Under the pieces are notes generated by a model. That model had not been told where the DNA came from. It saw only the letters and a list, made by a program, of their open reading frames with translations, and did no database searches. A DNA stretch of 64,000 nt, taken from assembly GCA_963693365.1 (NCBI GenBank), contig CAVNZM010000010.1, positions 2,914,001-2,978,000 on the forward strand, given 5' to 3'. Shown in pieces: positions 47,310 through 60,468 of this stretch (positions within the stretch are counted from its first letter, which is position 1; each line of letters starts with the position of its first letter). The stretch comes from Amoebidium appalachense (taxonomy: Eukaryota > Protista > Ichthyosporea). Both the position numbers and the translations under genes were made by a program.

Positions 47310-49036
47310 GGGGGAAGGAGAGAGTGAGTGAGGGAGAAAGGGAGAAAGCGAGGGAGGGAAAAAGAGAGGACGAGATTCCGGAGCGAGAGGGAGGGAGAGA
47401 GAGAGAGCGAGAGAGGAAGAAGGGAGGGAGGAAGGGAGATATGATGGAGGGGGAGGGAAGGAGGGAGGGAGGGAGAAAGGGAGGGGGGGAGAGAGAGAAG
47501 GGGGGGGGGGGGGGGGGGGGGGGGAGGGCGGGCGGAGGGCGGGCGGGGGACTAATGAGGCAACTCGTGGCCTGGTGACCACACCACCGTGTCAACCTCAG
47601 AGTCCATTGGTCAGAATATGTCTTCTGTGGCCCACCAACAAGGAACATGGCCATGGCACGCCCTCTCTGCTTGCTCTGTTGAGGGTGCCAGGAGGCAAAC
47701 TGCCTCGGTGCGCCACACCGGTCAGCCCAGACCTGCCAACCCAAGTGTGGCACACTGAGGGGCCTCTGTCTGTCGCTATCCCTGCATATGGTGTACGATG
47801 TAACGGCCTGAACAGCCCCCCTCGGCTGGCCACACAGCTGCCCGTGCTGTGACCCCCGCAGGTATGCGCTCAGCACTTCTCCCCCAAGCCTCCTGGCCTC
47901 TTCCTTTGCTTGGTTGGTTTACTCAGTGTGAGGCTGCTAGCAGGCTGGGGCCCTGGTGACCGACGGTCACAGGAGTGGGAAGAGGCGAGGCCCCTGCCGC
48001 GCCTGCGACAACCTTAGGGCACTCGTGACTATGATGTGCCCTACGGCGGGTCACACAACCCCTGTACTGTACTACTCCGGGGATCACAGCATTTCTTGGC
48101 CGCTCCCCCCGACCACTCCGGAAACACGACATATACCCACGAATGTATGTACATAATGATACAGATGAAGTTCGTCCCTATGTTAATGCCACAGTGACTA
48201 CTGCACGGCTAGAGCTAAAAACCAGCCGAGTGCGACTGCCATGGAGGGCAAGAAGGAGGGCAATGGGCATGTGGCAGCTGAGGTGGGCAGCCTGGCAGGG
48301 CCGCTGGCTGCAGTCTGGAAGTCAGAAGGAGTGCAGGGGCTGTTCAAGGCTTCCCCCCCACACCCCTCTCGGAACAAGTTGACCCCACGAGGCCAAATTC
48401 TAGGCATATGAAACTATTTTCTTTTGACTGTTTTTTTCCTTTTTTTTTTTCTTTTGACTGAGGATGTCCGAGTCATTCGAGACACATAGATGATAGGTGC
48501 ATTTTTATGTTTCTTTCGCCCTGTTATTGTACTGCCACCATTATAATAGCGCCATTTTGAGTAAAGCCCAAAATATTAATGCCATTGGGAGAATACTAAG
48601 GCAGCCAGTGCCAGTTGCAGTTGTTTTCTCATGTGAAAATCGATTTTGACGCCTAAAATTTTTAATACTTGACCCCCCCTCACTATTCGCACTGGTATGC
48701 AACGCACATTCCTGGCGCTAAACGAGTACTGCAGACTGTGCAGAGCAGCAGGCAGTAGACTCGCAGTGGCCCGTTGCCCGTTGTCGAAGTTCACGTTCAG
48801 CTTGGACCAACTTCACTGTACAGTACGAGTCTGTCACGTGTTGGCTAATCATTCCCACGGCTCCTTGAGCCATTACAGTGCGTTCACAGTTGAAGTGTCA
48901 AGACGTCGCCATCATAGTCATCATAGAGCACACACAGCTGGCTGCACGTACACACGCCCACGCAACACCGGTCGCAAACCCCACACCCACCCCGACTATG
49001 GCGCACCGTGCAGGGTGCAGGCAGTGAGGGACAAAC

Positions 49037-50589
49037 ATGGCGGAGGGCGGCACGGGCACGCTGCAGGGCCGCGTGGTGCTTGCGGACCTGATAGTGCGCT
49101 TCTTTAACCCCGCAGGCGCCGAGCAGTATGCCACCGTGCAGTACCTGCCCCGCCCAGAAGCCTGGGCCCTCAGGTATGGTCGCCGCCCGTGAAGGGGGGT
49201 AGGAGGTTGTGTTGCTAAGTGGGGGAGGAAAGGGTGTGTTGTGTGGCTAAGTGGGGGAGGAAGGGGTGTGTTGTGTGGCTAAGTGGGCGAGGAAGGGGTA
49301 TGTTGTGTGGCTAAGTAGGGGAGGAAAGGGTGTGTTGTGGATAAGAGGGGTAGAGAGGTGTGTTGCTGGGGCTAAGAGGGGTAGAGGGGTGTGTTGTGTG
49401 GCTAAGAGGGGTAGAGGGGTATGTTGGGCCTAAGAGGGCTGCTGCCTGCAGGACCACCGGCACGGAGCGCAACGTGGCGGCCATCAGCAACTCCAAGGGC
49501 GGGACCATAGCACTGGCGGCCCTGGGGGCGCTGCTTATTGCGTTCATAGGGGTGTGCCTGGTATTCACGCTGCTCTACTGGAACACAAAGCTGATCCGCA
49601 GTGCCGCGGGGCCGTTCCTGGTGGTCATGCTGCTGGGCGCCGCCCTGCAGGCCCTGACCCTGTTCCTGCCGCTGCTGGCCGCCCACCCTGGCCCAGCCAC
49701 GTGCACGGCCGAGAAGTGGCTGGAGCTGATGGGGTTTGCGGCCTGCTTTGGGGCGCTGTTCCTCAAGACGTACCGCGTGCGCCAGGTGCTGGACTATCGC
49801 AGCAAGATCAAGCTCACAAACAACCGCCTGCTGCTGGCCGGCCTGCTGCCCCTGCTGGCAGCCACGGCGGCCTACCTCGGCCTGTGGACGGCCCTGGCGC
49901 AGCCCACGGCCACGTACCATGCCACACATGCACACTGCAGCGTGGGGGTGTTTGACTGGACGGCCACGGGGCTCAAGATGGGCCTGCTGGGGGTGGGGGT
50001 GTATCTGGCCATAGCCGTGCGCAACGCGCCCAGCGCCTTCAACGAGGCCTTCTATATTTGCCTCAGCACCTACTGGGCCTTTATTCTGCTGGCCGTGGGC
50101 ACCCTGCTGACACTGTTCCTGCAGGCCCAGCCTGGGGTGGTGCTTGTGGGGCTGGGCCTGCAGGTGTTTCTGGAGCTGGCCGTGCTGCTGCCGCTGCTGT
50201 GGGGGCCCAAGATGGCCGTGGTGGTCGCCGGCAAGCAGAACCAGGTGCGCACCACCCGGCTGCACACCCAGGCCTCCCACGGCCCAAGCACCACCGTGGC
50301 CGAGGAGAGCAAAGGGCTGGGCGCCAAGGCCGGCAAGGTGCTGGCCGCCGCCCTGGGCAGGAAGACCCCCAGCACACACAGCCCCACACCACAAGGCGGC
50401 AGCATGGCCGACAGCCAGGCCAGTCTGCGTCGCTGGATGGGGTCCATACGGCGCAGCCACGCCACAGAGGTCAGCGACGACACCCCGCAGCACCAACCAC
50501 CAACACCAGGCCTGGTGGCACCGCCCCCGGCCGCAGTGGTGGGGGCCGAGACGACCTACCAGACGGCCCAGGAGGACGACCCTCAGTAG
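49037..50589 (+). CDS. Class C (7tm_3, GABA-B/Grl-like) G-protein-coupled receptor with a short N-terminus
   Basis: Exons 49037-49173 and 49452-50589. Seven hydrophobic segments with class C motifs KLIRSAAGPFL..LLG, C..WLELMGF..FGALFLKTYRV, an ECL2 Cys, LAIAVRNAPSAFNEAFYI and WGPK. Confidence 0.9.
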
Positions 50590-51634
50590 AGCTTCAGTGA
50601 CCCAGTGACCTGGTCCACTAGATAGGCAGGCCCTGGGGGAGGTATGGTCAAAGGCCTGGTTGCCGTGTTTATACTTAGGGGTGCCATGTAAGCAGTTAAT
50701 TGTGTGCAATATTAGCAAAACACCTTATAAGGAGGTCACTTAAGTGTAGCACTGTCCGAAATTCAACCCTATCACTTTTTGTGCAAAGAATGACCCAGTT
50801 AGCTCTAGTCAAAGGTGTGCTGCTTAAGCGTGTCAAACGCAGTGGGCAAGCAGTAGCGCCCACAGGCAGCAGAAAGAGCAAACCAGCCCAAGGCCACCCT
50901 CTGCCTCCACGTACCCGGGCCTATTGCGGCCACCGTCAGGGACCCAGCAGCCACCTGCGTCCTCCCTGCATCCCTCACCGTGTGGCAGCCCAGCCCCAGC
51001 GCACGTGCCTGCGCCTGCAGCTCCCGCCTGCAGCAGCAGTAAGAGAGTGTCTGCGTGTTTGCCTAGAGGGGGGAGTGTGGATCTACTGTGCTTATCGCCT
51101 GGTTGAGGGGTTGCCAGCCTGTCTGTGGCATGGCCAGTATATTGGAGTAAAGGAAGACTGTGCCAGTGTGAGCTACCAGTGGTGCTATGTGTGCTGACGG
51201 TTGTGTGCCTGTGCCACGTGCCTTTTATGTGCCCAACATGGTCTCTGGGGGGTGCACCTGTGTGCCTGTGCTGTGCTCTCTGTGTGCGCATGTGCAAGTA
51301 CAGTGCCTGTGTGTGACTGTGCCCTGTGTGTGTGCCTGTGCTCGCTGTGTGTGCCCGTGCCTGTGCCTGTGCCTGCGCCTGCGTGTGTGCCTGTGTGTGT
51401 GCCTGTGGTCGCTGTGTGTGCCTGTGCTGTGTGTCCCCTATGTGTGCCAGTTCTCACTGTGTGTGTGCCCGTGCCTGTGCCTGTGCCTGTGTGTGTGTGT
51501 GTGCCTGTGTGTGTGTGTGTGTGTGTGCCTGTGTGTATGCCTGTGCCTGTGTGTGTGCCTGTGCCCGTGCCTGTGCCGGCGTGTGTGCCTGTGCTATCTG
51601 TGTGTGCCCTGTGTGTGCCTGTTCTCTCTCTGTG

Positions 51635-51686
<52 letters not shown>

Positions 51687-51784
51687 TGCACGTACAGGGC
51701 CTGCTCGTCGTCTGCCTTGACGACGACCTTTGGCTGCCCACTACCCAGCCACTGCTCCAGCAGCTGCGCACCCCCTCAGTCCCT

Positions 51785-51824
<40 letters not shown>

Positions 51825-52555
51825 ACCCACCCACCCACCCACTCACCACCACCACCATCACACGCACACACGTACCTGCGGGTTTGTTGCCCCTGTCACA
51901 GCATAGGCCCTGATTGCCGCGTGACCGCACTGTGCCCCTTCCCTCAGTGTCCAACACCCCCCCCCCTCCCCCCTCCCCCCCAAACACACATACACACACA
52001 CACACCTGCGCCGCGGCCTTGCCCTTGCCCATCTTGAGGTCCTGCCTGACGGCTATCACCTGAACTGCCCCTCAGTGCCCACCAAAACCACAGCCTGTCG
52101 GACCTAAGTGCCAGAGCAGCCCCCCCCCCCCCTCCCCCCCCCCCTTCCAAGAAAAAAGAAAAAAGAAAACCGCCACACACCACCTCTCCGGGCACACACA
52201 CCAGTTTTACGTCTCCACGGTCCGAGAATCCCTCTTCCCCCCCTGCCTGTACCCCTCGTCAGTGTGAGGGCACAATAACACCACAAGTTGACACGGCTAC
52301 AGCCATTCAGTTGCAGCCAAGAACCGCATGTTATGACCAAACAAAGATGACGAGAGAGGAGCCAGTTTCAGAGCCGGGGGGTGGGGGGGTAATTGGGCTT
52401 GCAAAAAGAAGGCAGGGCAAGGAGGCGGGAGGGGGGTAGGATTGAAGTATTAAAACGATGATTGTAGGGGGGAAAACGGTAGCCAGATGACAACCCAAAA
52501 GTGAACAGAGGAGAGAGAGAGAGAGAACGAAAGGGAGAGGACGGGGGAGGGGGAA

Positions 52556-52650
<95 letters not shown>

Positions 52651-53179
52651 AGAGGGGGGGGGGGGGGAGGGGGTGGAGGGGGGGGGAGGGGGGGGGGGAG
52701 GGGGGGAGGGGGGGGGTTGGAAGGAATCGGCGGGACCGTGAATATAGAACACATAGAGAAAGGAAGTGGAGGAAGGGGGGAAGAGGAGAAGGGAGTGAGA
52801 AGGGAATAGTGGGAGCGAGAAGGACTGGGCCTTCAGAGGAGAAGGGTGTGCTGTCGCTGTATGCCAATCTACGTGCCCTTCAAGGTGACAACCCGACTCT
52901 CAGCTTGCGTAAGTGCCTGCCTGCTTGCCAGTGCCTGCTTGTCACAGAGCTGCACCTGTGTGCCTGTGTGCATGTAACGGTGTGTGTGTGTGTTGCTAAA
53001 AAGTGCAATAACCTTGGGTGCTTTCGTGTGTGTTTGCCCGTTCCTTTGTACGTGCGTGTGCGTGGCTGTGTGCCTACCTGCTGGGCTGTTGGCCTGAGCT
53101 GGTCTCTGCGGCTGGGCAGCAGTGCACGCAGGAACCACCCCGCAAGGAACGAGCTGAACGCTGCAGCCGCAAGCTCCAT
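50583..53179 (-). CDS. PTH2: Peptidyl-tRNA hydrolase 2 (Bit1/PTH2 family)
   Basis: Exons encode [18 protein letters not shown] (membrane anchor) ... DRGDVKL|[18 protein letters not shown]|CGHAAIRAY..|[23 protein letters not shown]|[33 protein letters not shown]|[16 protein letters not shown]. Exon structure between 53078 and 52245 is uncertain. Confidence 0.93.
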
Positions 53180-53553
53180 GGCTGCAGTCTAAGTGCTGGG
53201 GGGTGTCGGCTGCACAGCACGAGCAATATTTGTTGGGTTCGGTCTGTTTTTGCGTGTTCACAGCCACAGGAGGTGTGCACTGTGCCTGAAGGTGTGTGCT
53301 GGCCCTCGTTCGAGGCGCTCGAGTTCGTCCGGTCTTGGGTGGCATACGCAGGCATAATGATGATGAGGGCCGGGAGTGGACTGTCAGGCTGGACGAGGCT
53401 CAAGAACTGCGCTGACGTCACGGGGTTTTGGCGGGAACGGGAGTGATTGGCTGGGAAGGCACCATGGCGACATGGAATGAATGACATCATGCACACAGCA
53501 GTGTGTACAACTCAGGCCATAGGTACCACTGCGGCAGACACACAAGTGCAGCC

Positions 53554-56129
53554 ATGGGTGGCCGCGCAGACAATGCCACGGCCCACAACTTTGTGGCCGG
53601 CAGCTTTGCCGGCGTGGCCCAGACCGTCGTGGGCTTCCCCTTCGACACCGTTAAAGGTACATGACATCCCCCTTGCTTCAGGTTGCCCAGCACACAACCC
53701 CCTTCCAAGTCCCTGACTCCTATCCCCCCTCCCTCCCCCAGTGCGGCTGCAGATAGGGCGGCATGAGGGCGCTGGGGGCACCGTGGCGGACTTCAAGGGG
53801 CCCATAGACTGTTTGATGAAGACCCTGCGCCACGAGGTGCGTGTAGGCGGGCGTGAGGGCTTGCTGTGGGCAGGCAGGGCTGACACTGCATGTGTGTGCA
53901 GGGGCCACTGGGGCTGTTCAAGGGCGTCACGGCACCACTGTGGGGGGCTGTGGTGTTCAACTCGCTGCTGTTTGGTTCCTTCGAAGAGTTCAAGCACCTG
54001 CTGACCCCCACGGGCCAGAAAACATCCGCGCCGGCGTTTGTGCTTGCTGGGGCACTCACCGGGGTGGTGGAGAGCTTGGTCTACTGCCCCACTGAGCTCG
54101 TAAAGACACGCCTGCAGACAAACTTTGCCACCGGAAAGGCGGTATGCCGTGTGTTGCACTTGTGTGCGTGTGTATGTGTGCATGCGTGCGCGTGCTAGTG
54201 TGTCTGTGTTTGCTGTTGTGTGTGCACGCTTGTGCGAGATAGGCCGTGAGTGTGTGCATGTGTGTATGTAGATGCATGTCGTGGATTACCTGCATGTGTG
54301 CTTCGTGTTTTATTTTTTGTGTGTGTGTGCATGTTTTTGTGGGGGGCGGGGAGGTGGGGAGGTGGGGGGGAGGGCGAGGATTTGTTTGAGGGGGAGGGGG
54401 AGAGTTTATTTGATGGGGAAGGGGTGGGGGGGAGGGGATATTCAGCTTGCATAGTTCTGTGCTTGCCTCTGCATATTTGTTGGAGTAACCACCTGGTGGG
54501 GCCTTCTGGCGGCAGCTCGTGTCTTTGGGTGTAGCTGGTAAAGTGACTGTGTGTGCTCTGTGTGACTGCTAGGGTGCTATGTATGCCCCTGCCACATACT
54601 GTATGGGTGCTTGCCTTTATCATGTTTGTGTGCTAATAGTTTGGCAGCCAACCGCATTCACTATCTGCTGGTATATCATACACCTCGGATCAGGCCCCAA
54701 ATCGTATAAATACGTGAGATATATGATACTAAATTACCATATATGGTGCCGCGTCTATGTTATTTGTATAGGTATAGGGGAGTCCTAGCAGTCTCCATAT
54801 ACTTTCGTGCAGAGCAGGGTAAGTGTTAATACGCCAAAGTATCAACAAGGTTGTGTATCAATGCGCAATGGGCCACGGTACACAGAAATGCTGGGTGGGG
54901 AGTGCTGTTTGGGCTGGCCGTAACCACAGCCACTGACTTTGGGCTGCAGCCGGGGGTACGGGCGGTTGTTGGGGAGGTGGTGAGGACACAGGGTGTGGCA
55001 GGGCTGTTTAGGGGGCTGGTGCCTACCCTGCTGAGAGAGATACCGGGCAACGTCATATACTTCGGCACGTACGAGCTGGTCAGGTATGGTATATGTACAT
55101 GTGGGGGGATATGTGCTGGTCGTGTGGGGCCACATAGGGGGGATGTGTGGCAATGTGTGCTGATGGTGTGGGTCCACATAGGGGGGATATGTGGCTATGT
55201 GTGCTGATGGTGTGTGGCCACATAGGGGGGATATGTGGCAATGTGTGCTGATGGTGTGTGGCCACATAGGGGGGATATGTGGCAATTTGTGCTGATGGTG
55301 TGGGTCCACATAGGGGGATATGTGGCAATGTGTGCTGATGGTGTGTGGCCACATAGGGGGTATATGTGGCAATGTGTGCTGATGGTGTGGGTCCACATAG
55401 GGGGGATATGTGGCAATGTGTGCTGATGGTGTGTGGCCACATAGGGGGGATATGTGGCAATGTGTGCTGATGGTGTGGGTCCATATAGGGGGGATATGTG
55501 GCAATGTGTGCTGATGGTGTGTGGCCACATGGGGGGGATGTGTGGCAATGTGTGCTGATGGTGTGTGGCCACATGGGGGGGATATGTGGCAATGTGTGAT
55601 GATGGTGTGGGGCTACATGGGGGGGATATGTGGCAATTTGTGCTGATGGTGTGGGGGTGCAGTGGGGTGTATCCGCAGGGCTGGGGAGGGCTGACGGGTA
55701 AGAGCCTGATGGCTGGAGGGCTGGCAGGCACGGCATACTGGGTCACACAGGTGGGTGGGTGGATGTTGGTTGGGGGCCGGGGGAAGGGGGGGGGGGAGTC
55801 TGGATGCAGGCACTGTGTTGTGTTTGGGGCTGACGGCAGGGCCTCAGTTCCCCATGGACCTGCTCAAGACGAGGATGCAGACAGACAGCCTGACCAGCCC
55901 GGCATACAGGTCGCTACGCCACTGTGCCCAGGTCGTGGTGCAGGTAGGCACGTGGGGGGGGGGGGGGGGGGGGGGGGGGATGGGATGGGGTGGTGACACG
56001 AGGGTGCAGGAGGAGGGGGTGCGGGGACTGTTCCGGGGGCTCACGCCCTGCCTGGTGCGGTCGTTTCCAGCAAATGCTGTGGCCTTCTACGTGTTTGAGA
56101 CCACACGCACAGCACTGGCACGCCTGTGA
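53554..56129 (+). CDS. SLC25 mitochondrial carrier, carnitine/basic amino acid carrier-like, 7 exons
   Basis: Three PX[DE]XX[KR] signatures (PFDTVKVRLQ, PTELVKTRLQ, PMDLLKTRMQ), plus GLFKG/GLFRG motifs, LLREIPG and LVRSFPANA. Confidence 0.93.
55100..55655. repeat. Intronic ~41-43-bp minisatellite (ATGTGGCAATGTGTGCTGATGGTGTGTGGCCACATAGGGGGGAT)n
   Basis: About 13 tandem units fill almost the whole intron. Confidence 0.9.
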
Positions 56130-56239
56130 GCCGTCAGCTCTAGAGCCTATCGGTTGGCACGATTTGTTTGTTCGTTTTTGTTTTGCTTTGTGTTTTTTTT
56201 CTCTTTTATATCATAGTATATATATATATATTTCTTTTT

Positions 56240-56294
<55 letters not shown>

Positions 56295-56568
56295 TGCATA
56301 GCCTCGTATGAATGACCGGTTGGGTAGGGGGAGTTTCGTTTTGTGTGTGTTGTGTGATGGCTGCGTATGCCTCTGTTTGTGTAGTTGGCCCTGGTGGGCA
56401 TGGTGGGTGCCTGCCAATGGCATGTCCTGTTACGTCCTTTCGTAATCTGCCGGTGCTAGCAACTAGCCCCGCATGTTAATCTTGTGGTGGTGAATGGTAG
56501 GCCCTGCTGTGGTAGGTGTAAAAGCCTAAGATGGTTAATGTACAACCCTGCAATGGGGAATGTTACAC

Positions 56569-56850
56569 CCTGCAGGGGTTAATACCTTTAAAAAAGGCCT
56601 GCAGGGGTTAATACCTTTAAAGGCCTGCAGGGGTCAATGCCTTTAAAAGGCCTGCAGGGGTTAATACCTTTAAAGGCCTGCAGGGGTCAATGCCTTTAAA
56701 AGGCCTGCAGGGGTCAATGCCTTTAAAAGGCCTGCAGGGGTCAATTCCTTTAAAAGGCCTGCAGGGGTCAATACCTTTAAAAGCCTGCAGGGGTCAATGC
56801 CTTTAAAGGGCCTGCAGGGGTCAATGCCTTTAAGAGACCTGCAGGGGTTC
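56569..56850. repeat. 26-29-bp tandem repeat (CCTGCAGGGGTCAATGCCTTTAAAAGG)n, ~10 units
   Basis: Directly visible; each unit is built from two short palindromes, CCTGCAGG and CCTTTAAAGG. Confidence 0.92.
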
Positions 56851-57594
56851 CTGTTAATGTAAAAGCCTGCAGAGCCTAAATTTTGACAAGCCTTTTCTGC
56901 GTTTCTGTGTTAGGCCGCATGCAGTGTTCAAGGTTAGGCCCTACGGGGTTGAGGTGAACAGACCGGTTGCGGGGCCAGGCAGCCCGAGCATGCCATCTGT
57001 GCCCACCAGCCAATGACGCTGCGTGCCAATCAGTCCGCAATCTGCTTCGGAATGCCCCTTCCCTCCCCCCCCCCCCCCCCCCCCCCCCCCCAACCACTCT
57101 CACTCACTCACTCACTCACACACACCTACCCACCCACCCACCGCTTGTGGCCCCACATTGCACGGCTGAGTGCTGGCTGGCAGCACGGGCCTGGGTTCAA
57201 GGATTGTGCTTGTTGCTGATTGGACGCCAAGTTACAGCCGCACCTAGGGCCTACTGCATTATCTATTTAGTGCAGCCAATCAGATGGACCAGATGCACAC
57301 ATAGATATTTGTGTATTTACAGATGCCGACATGAACATGTCATGGCTACATGATTTTACGAGCACGATAGATACCATGCTTGACATATGTATTGATGCAT
57401 CAAATATTTGATCGGGTAGTATCTAAAATAATGTTGGGATTTATGTGGCCAAAGATGTGGGTGGGTTAGGTTGGGAGCATGGCAGGCAGGAATGCACTTG
57501 GAAACACCAATCGACAGAAACCGTCGGCACCAGTGTGGCCCACACACACTTGCCATGCCCAGGCTCACCCCCTCCCTTTGTCACATACATGTAT

Positions 57595-57647
<53 letters not shown>

Positions 57648-57675
57648 TCACACGCATACACACACACACAAACAT

Positions 57676-57744
<69 letters not shown>

Positions 57745-58160
57745 ATATCAGAATAAAATAGCCAGTACTGACAGGTCGAGCATTCCACACGTGGCAACCA
57801 GCTGGCTGAGCTCATATAGCCCGAGTGCCAGCCTCGCAATAAGTACTATTCAAATGTGAACATATCGCAATATATAGCAAAATTTTAGTCTCAGGTAACC
57901 CATTAAACATGTGCAGGTAGCTATATATGGCCTAGTCTTAGAAAAAAAGGTAAATTGGAAGGTGCCAGCCAAAAACTAAAACGGCCTCTACATAAATCTA
58001 GACAGTGAATAGCATGTAGGAACTGCCGAACTTGTTTTAGATTCATTGTTATTAATGCTGTAGACGTGTACATGTCGATTTATTTTCATGATGCATTCAG
58101 CCTTGTTTAAATGCACTTTTTTGCTCGCTTGTACTTGTTTGTCTGGACGCTTTTTTTTTT

Positions 58161-58217
<57 letters not shown>

Positions 58218-58301
58218 TGGGGTGGACGTGCAAGAAAATCAATCCGTCTGATCGATACGGACATGATGCTACACTCCAGCAAGTGTCCTCCCATCGTCCA
58301 C

Positions 58302-58336
<35 letters not shown>

Positions 58337-58409
58337 AGATCTCGCTCTCTCCGCCTAATCTCCCCCGTCTTCACCACGCCCTCCCTCCCCTCCCCTCCCC
58401 CCTCTCCCT

Positions 58410-58498
<89 letters not shown>

Positions 58499-58538
58499 CC
58501 CCCCCCCCCCCCCCCCAGCTGCCCCCAACCCTCTCTCG

Positions 58539-58583
<45 letters not shown>

Positions 58584-58655
58584 TCTCTCTCCCCCCCCCC
58601 CCCCCCCCCCCCTCTCTCTCTCTCTCTCTATCTCCGATATTCAAAATCTCTCTCT

Positions 58656-58718
<63 letters not shown>

Positions 58719-58741
58719 CCCCTCCCCGCCACCGCAGTTTA

Positions 58742-58798
<57 letters not shown>

Positions 58799-59052
58799 AC
58801 CGTGCGGCACGTGACACACACGCACACACGCACCCCACGGTCCATCCCATTGGCCCTCAAACCAGCCAGCATGTATGTTACTGGGCACGTGGCTGCAGTG
58901 GTCGTAGTTCTGTTAGAACGCCTGGCAAAACGCTTCCACATGTACTCTATCATATTAAGTGCCTCTTAGTTGAACCGCATGCACACGGTGGTAGTGTCGG
59001 ACTTTTAGCACGGGTTTAATAGTGGTAGTCAGACGCTGCACGTACTCGTGTG

Positions 59053-59103
<51 letters not shown>

Positions 59104-60468
59104 GGGGGAAGGGGGCGGGAGGGGGGGGGGGGGGGGGGGGCGGCACGTGCAGCAGTGCTGGCAGATCACGGTACACAGCCCATCTGCTATGTTGACTCCT
59201 CTTCTATCCGTGTCCGTGTGGCCGGCTACAATTGTGGCAGGCTGTGCACACTTCCCGAAGTCCCAGGCCATTCATTGGGCCGAACGGGCCAACCAGCAGC
59301 AGCTGCTGCCGGCAATAAAAAGGAATGGACCGCCTGACCAATCGCAGTGCACTTTTTTTACCTGCTGGCATTTATGCCCCATATATGGTTCTATCTGAAT
59401 TCCGACGTCAGGCTTTTGCACTGTGGAGAGTCAGGGCAACAGGATGATCCGATACAGGATAGTTAGCCCTTGTGCAGCGCTTGGATATGTGCATGAGGGT
59501 GGCACCAGTCATTTTTAGTGTCATTTGAGTAGCGTTATACGCGCTTGAAGGCCTTTCTCTGCGTCGGGCACGGTGACACGCAGCTTGCAAAAAGCACCTT
59601 TGATCATAGATAAACTTGTACCTGGTAGGCTGAACAGATTGGAATGTAGATAACTTAATGAAACACCGTGCTGATTGGATCGCGTCAATATATTGGTGTT
59701 CTATTATTGGTTTAGAATCACTAAGAGATAAACCCGATAAATTTGGAAAATGACGTCCCCTATCCTGGGATTCGCGAAACGAAGTTATAGTGCTCTTGCG
59801 ATACTTTTCTCCGCCAGCTATTCTTTATTGACAGATAAATGGTGGCGTCTACTTTATATGTGTTTGCTTTCCAGTCTTTGCATTATTTTATACAGGCAAT
59901 TGCATATTGTTTACACGAAACACCCCAGATTGCTGAGGCCCGTCACCCGTGTCCGGCAATCGCCTCGTTATTGGGTAAACATTCTTGGTAGTATTTTATC
60001 CTGACATTGTTTTGGGTTCAAAGCATTTTAGTTTTTAAATTGATATTTAAACAGTTTTTGGATTAATTGCATCATTTTATTGGCGCAAAAGGTTTGCTGA
60101 CCAACCGGCTGTGGGCACCTATCTTTATTCAGCCAATCGCTTGACCGCGCCATTTTGGGGTCATATAACTACGATAAACAGGACGTTACCCGCCTCACTT
60201 GTCATATTTCAGTAGTAGTGCACATGTACCTTGCTAGCATATGGGCGAGGTAGAATGCGGTTGACGCGGGGTGGGTAAGATAGTGCGCAAACCATGGAGT
60301 AGCAATTGTTTGTAAGCGCATAGCAGGAGATAGCAGTGGGCACGCACAGGGTAGGCCGACGTATGGTTCTAGGCCGGCCAGCCTGGGGGCTGTGGCACCG
60401 GCCAGGGGTCAGGATTTGTAGGCTACACACACACATGTGCCCGATAGCCACACACGATCACAACCACA

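Noticed and set aside
47560-48400. GC-rich segment as upstream exons (Venus flytrap domain) of the GPCR
   Set aside because: No long open frame or periplasmic-binding motif, and no in-phase splice into exon 1 identified.
56569-56850. CRISPR-like palindromic repeats of ~27 bp
   Set aside because: The repeats are directly adjacent with no spacers.
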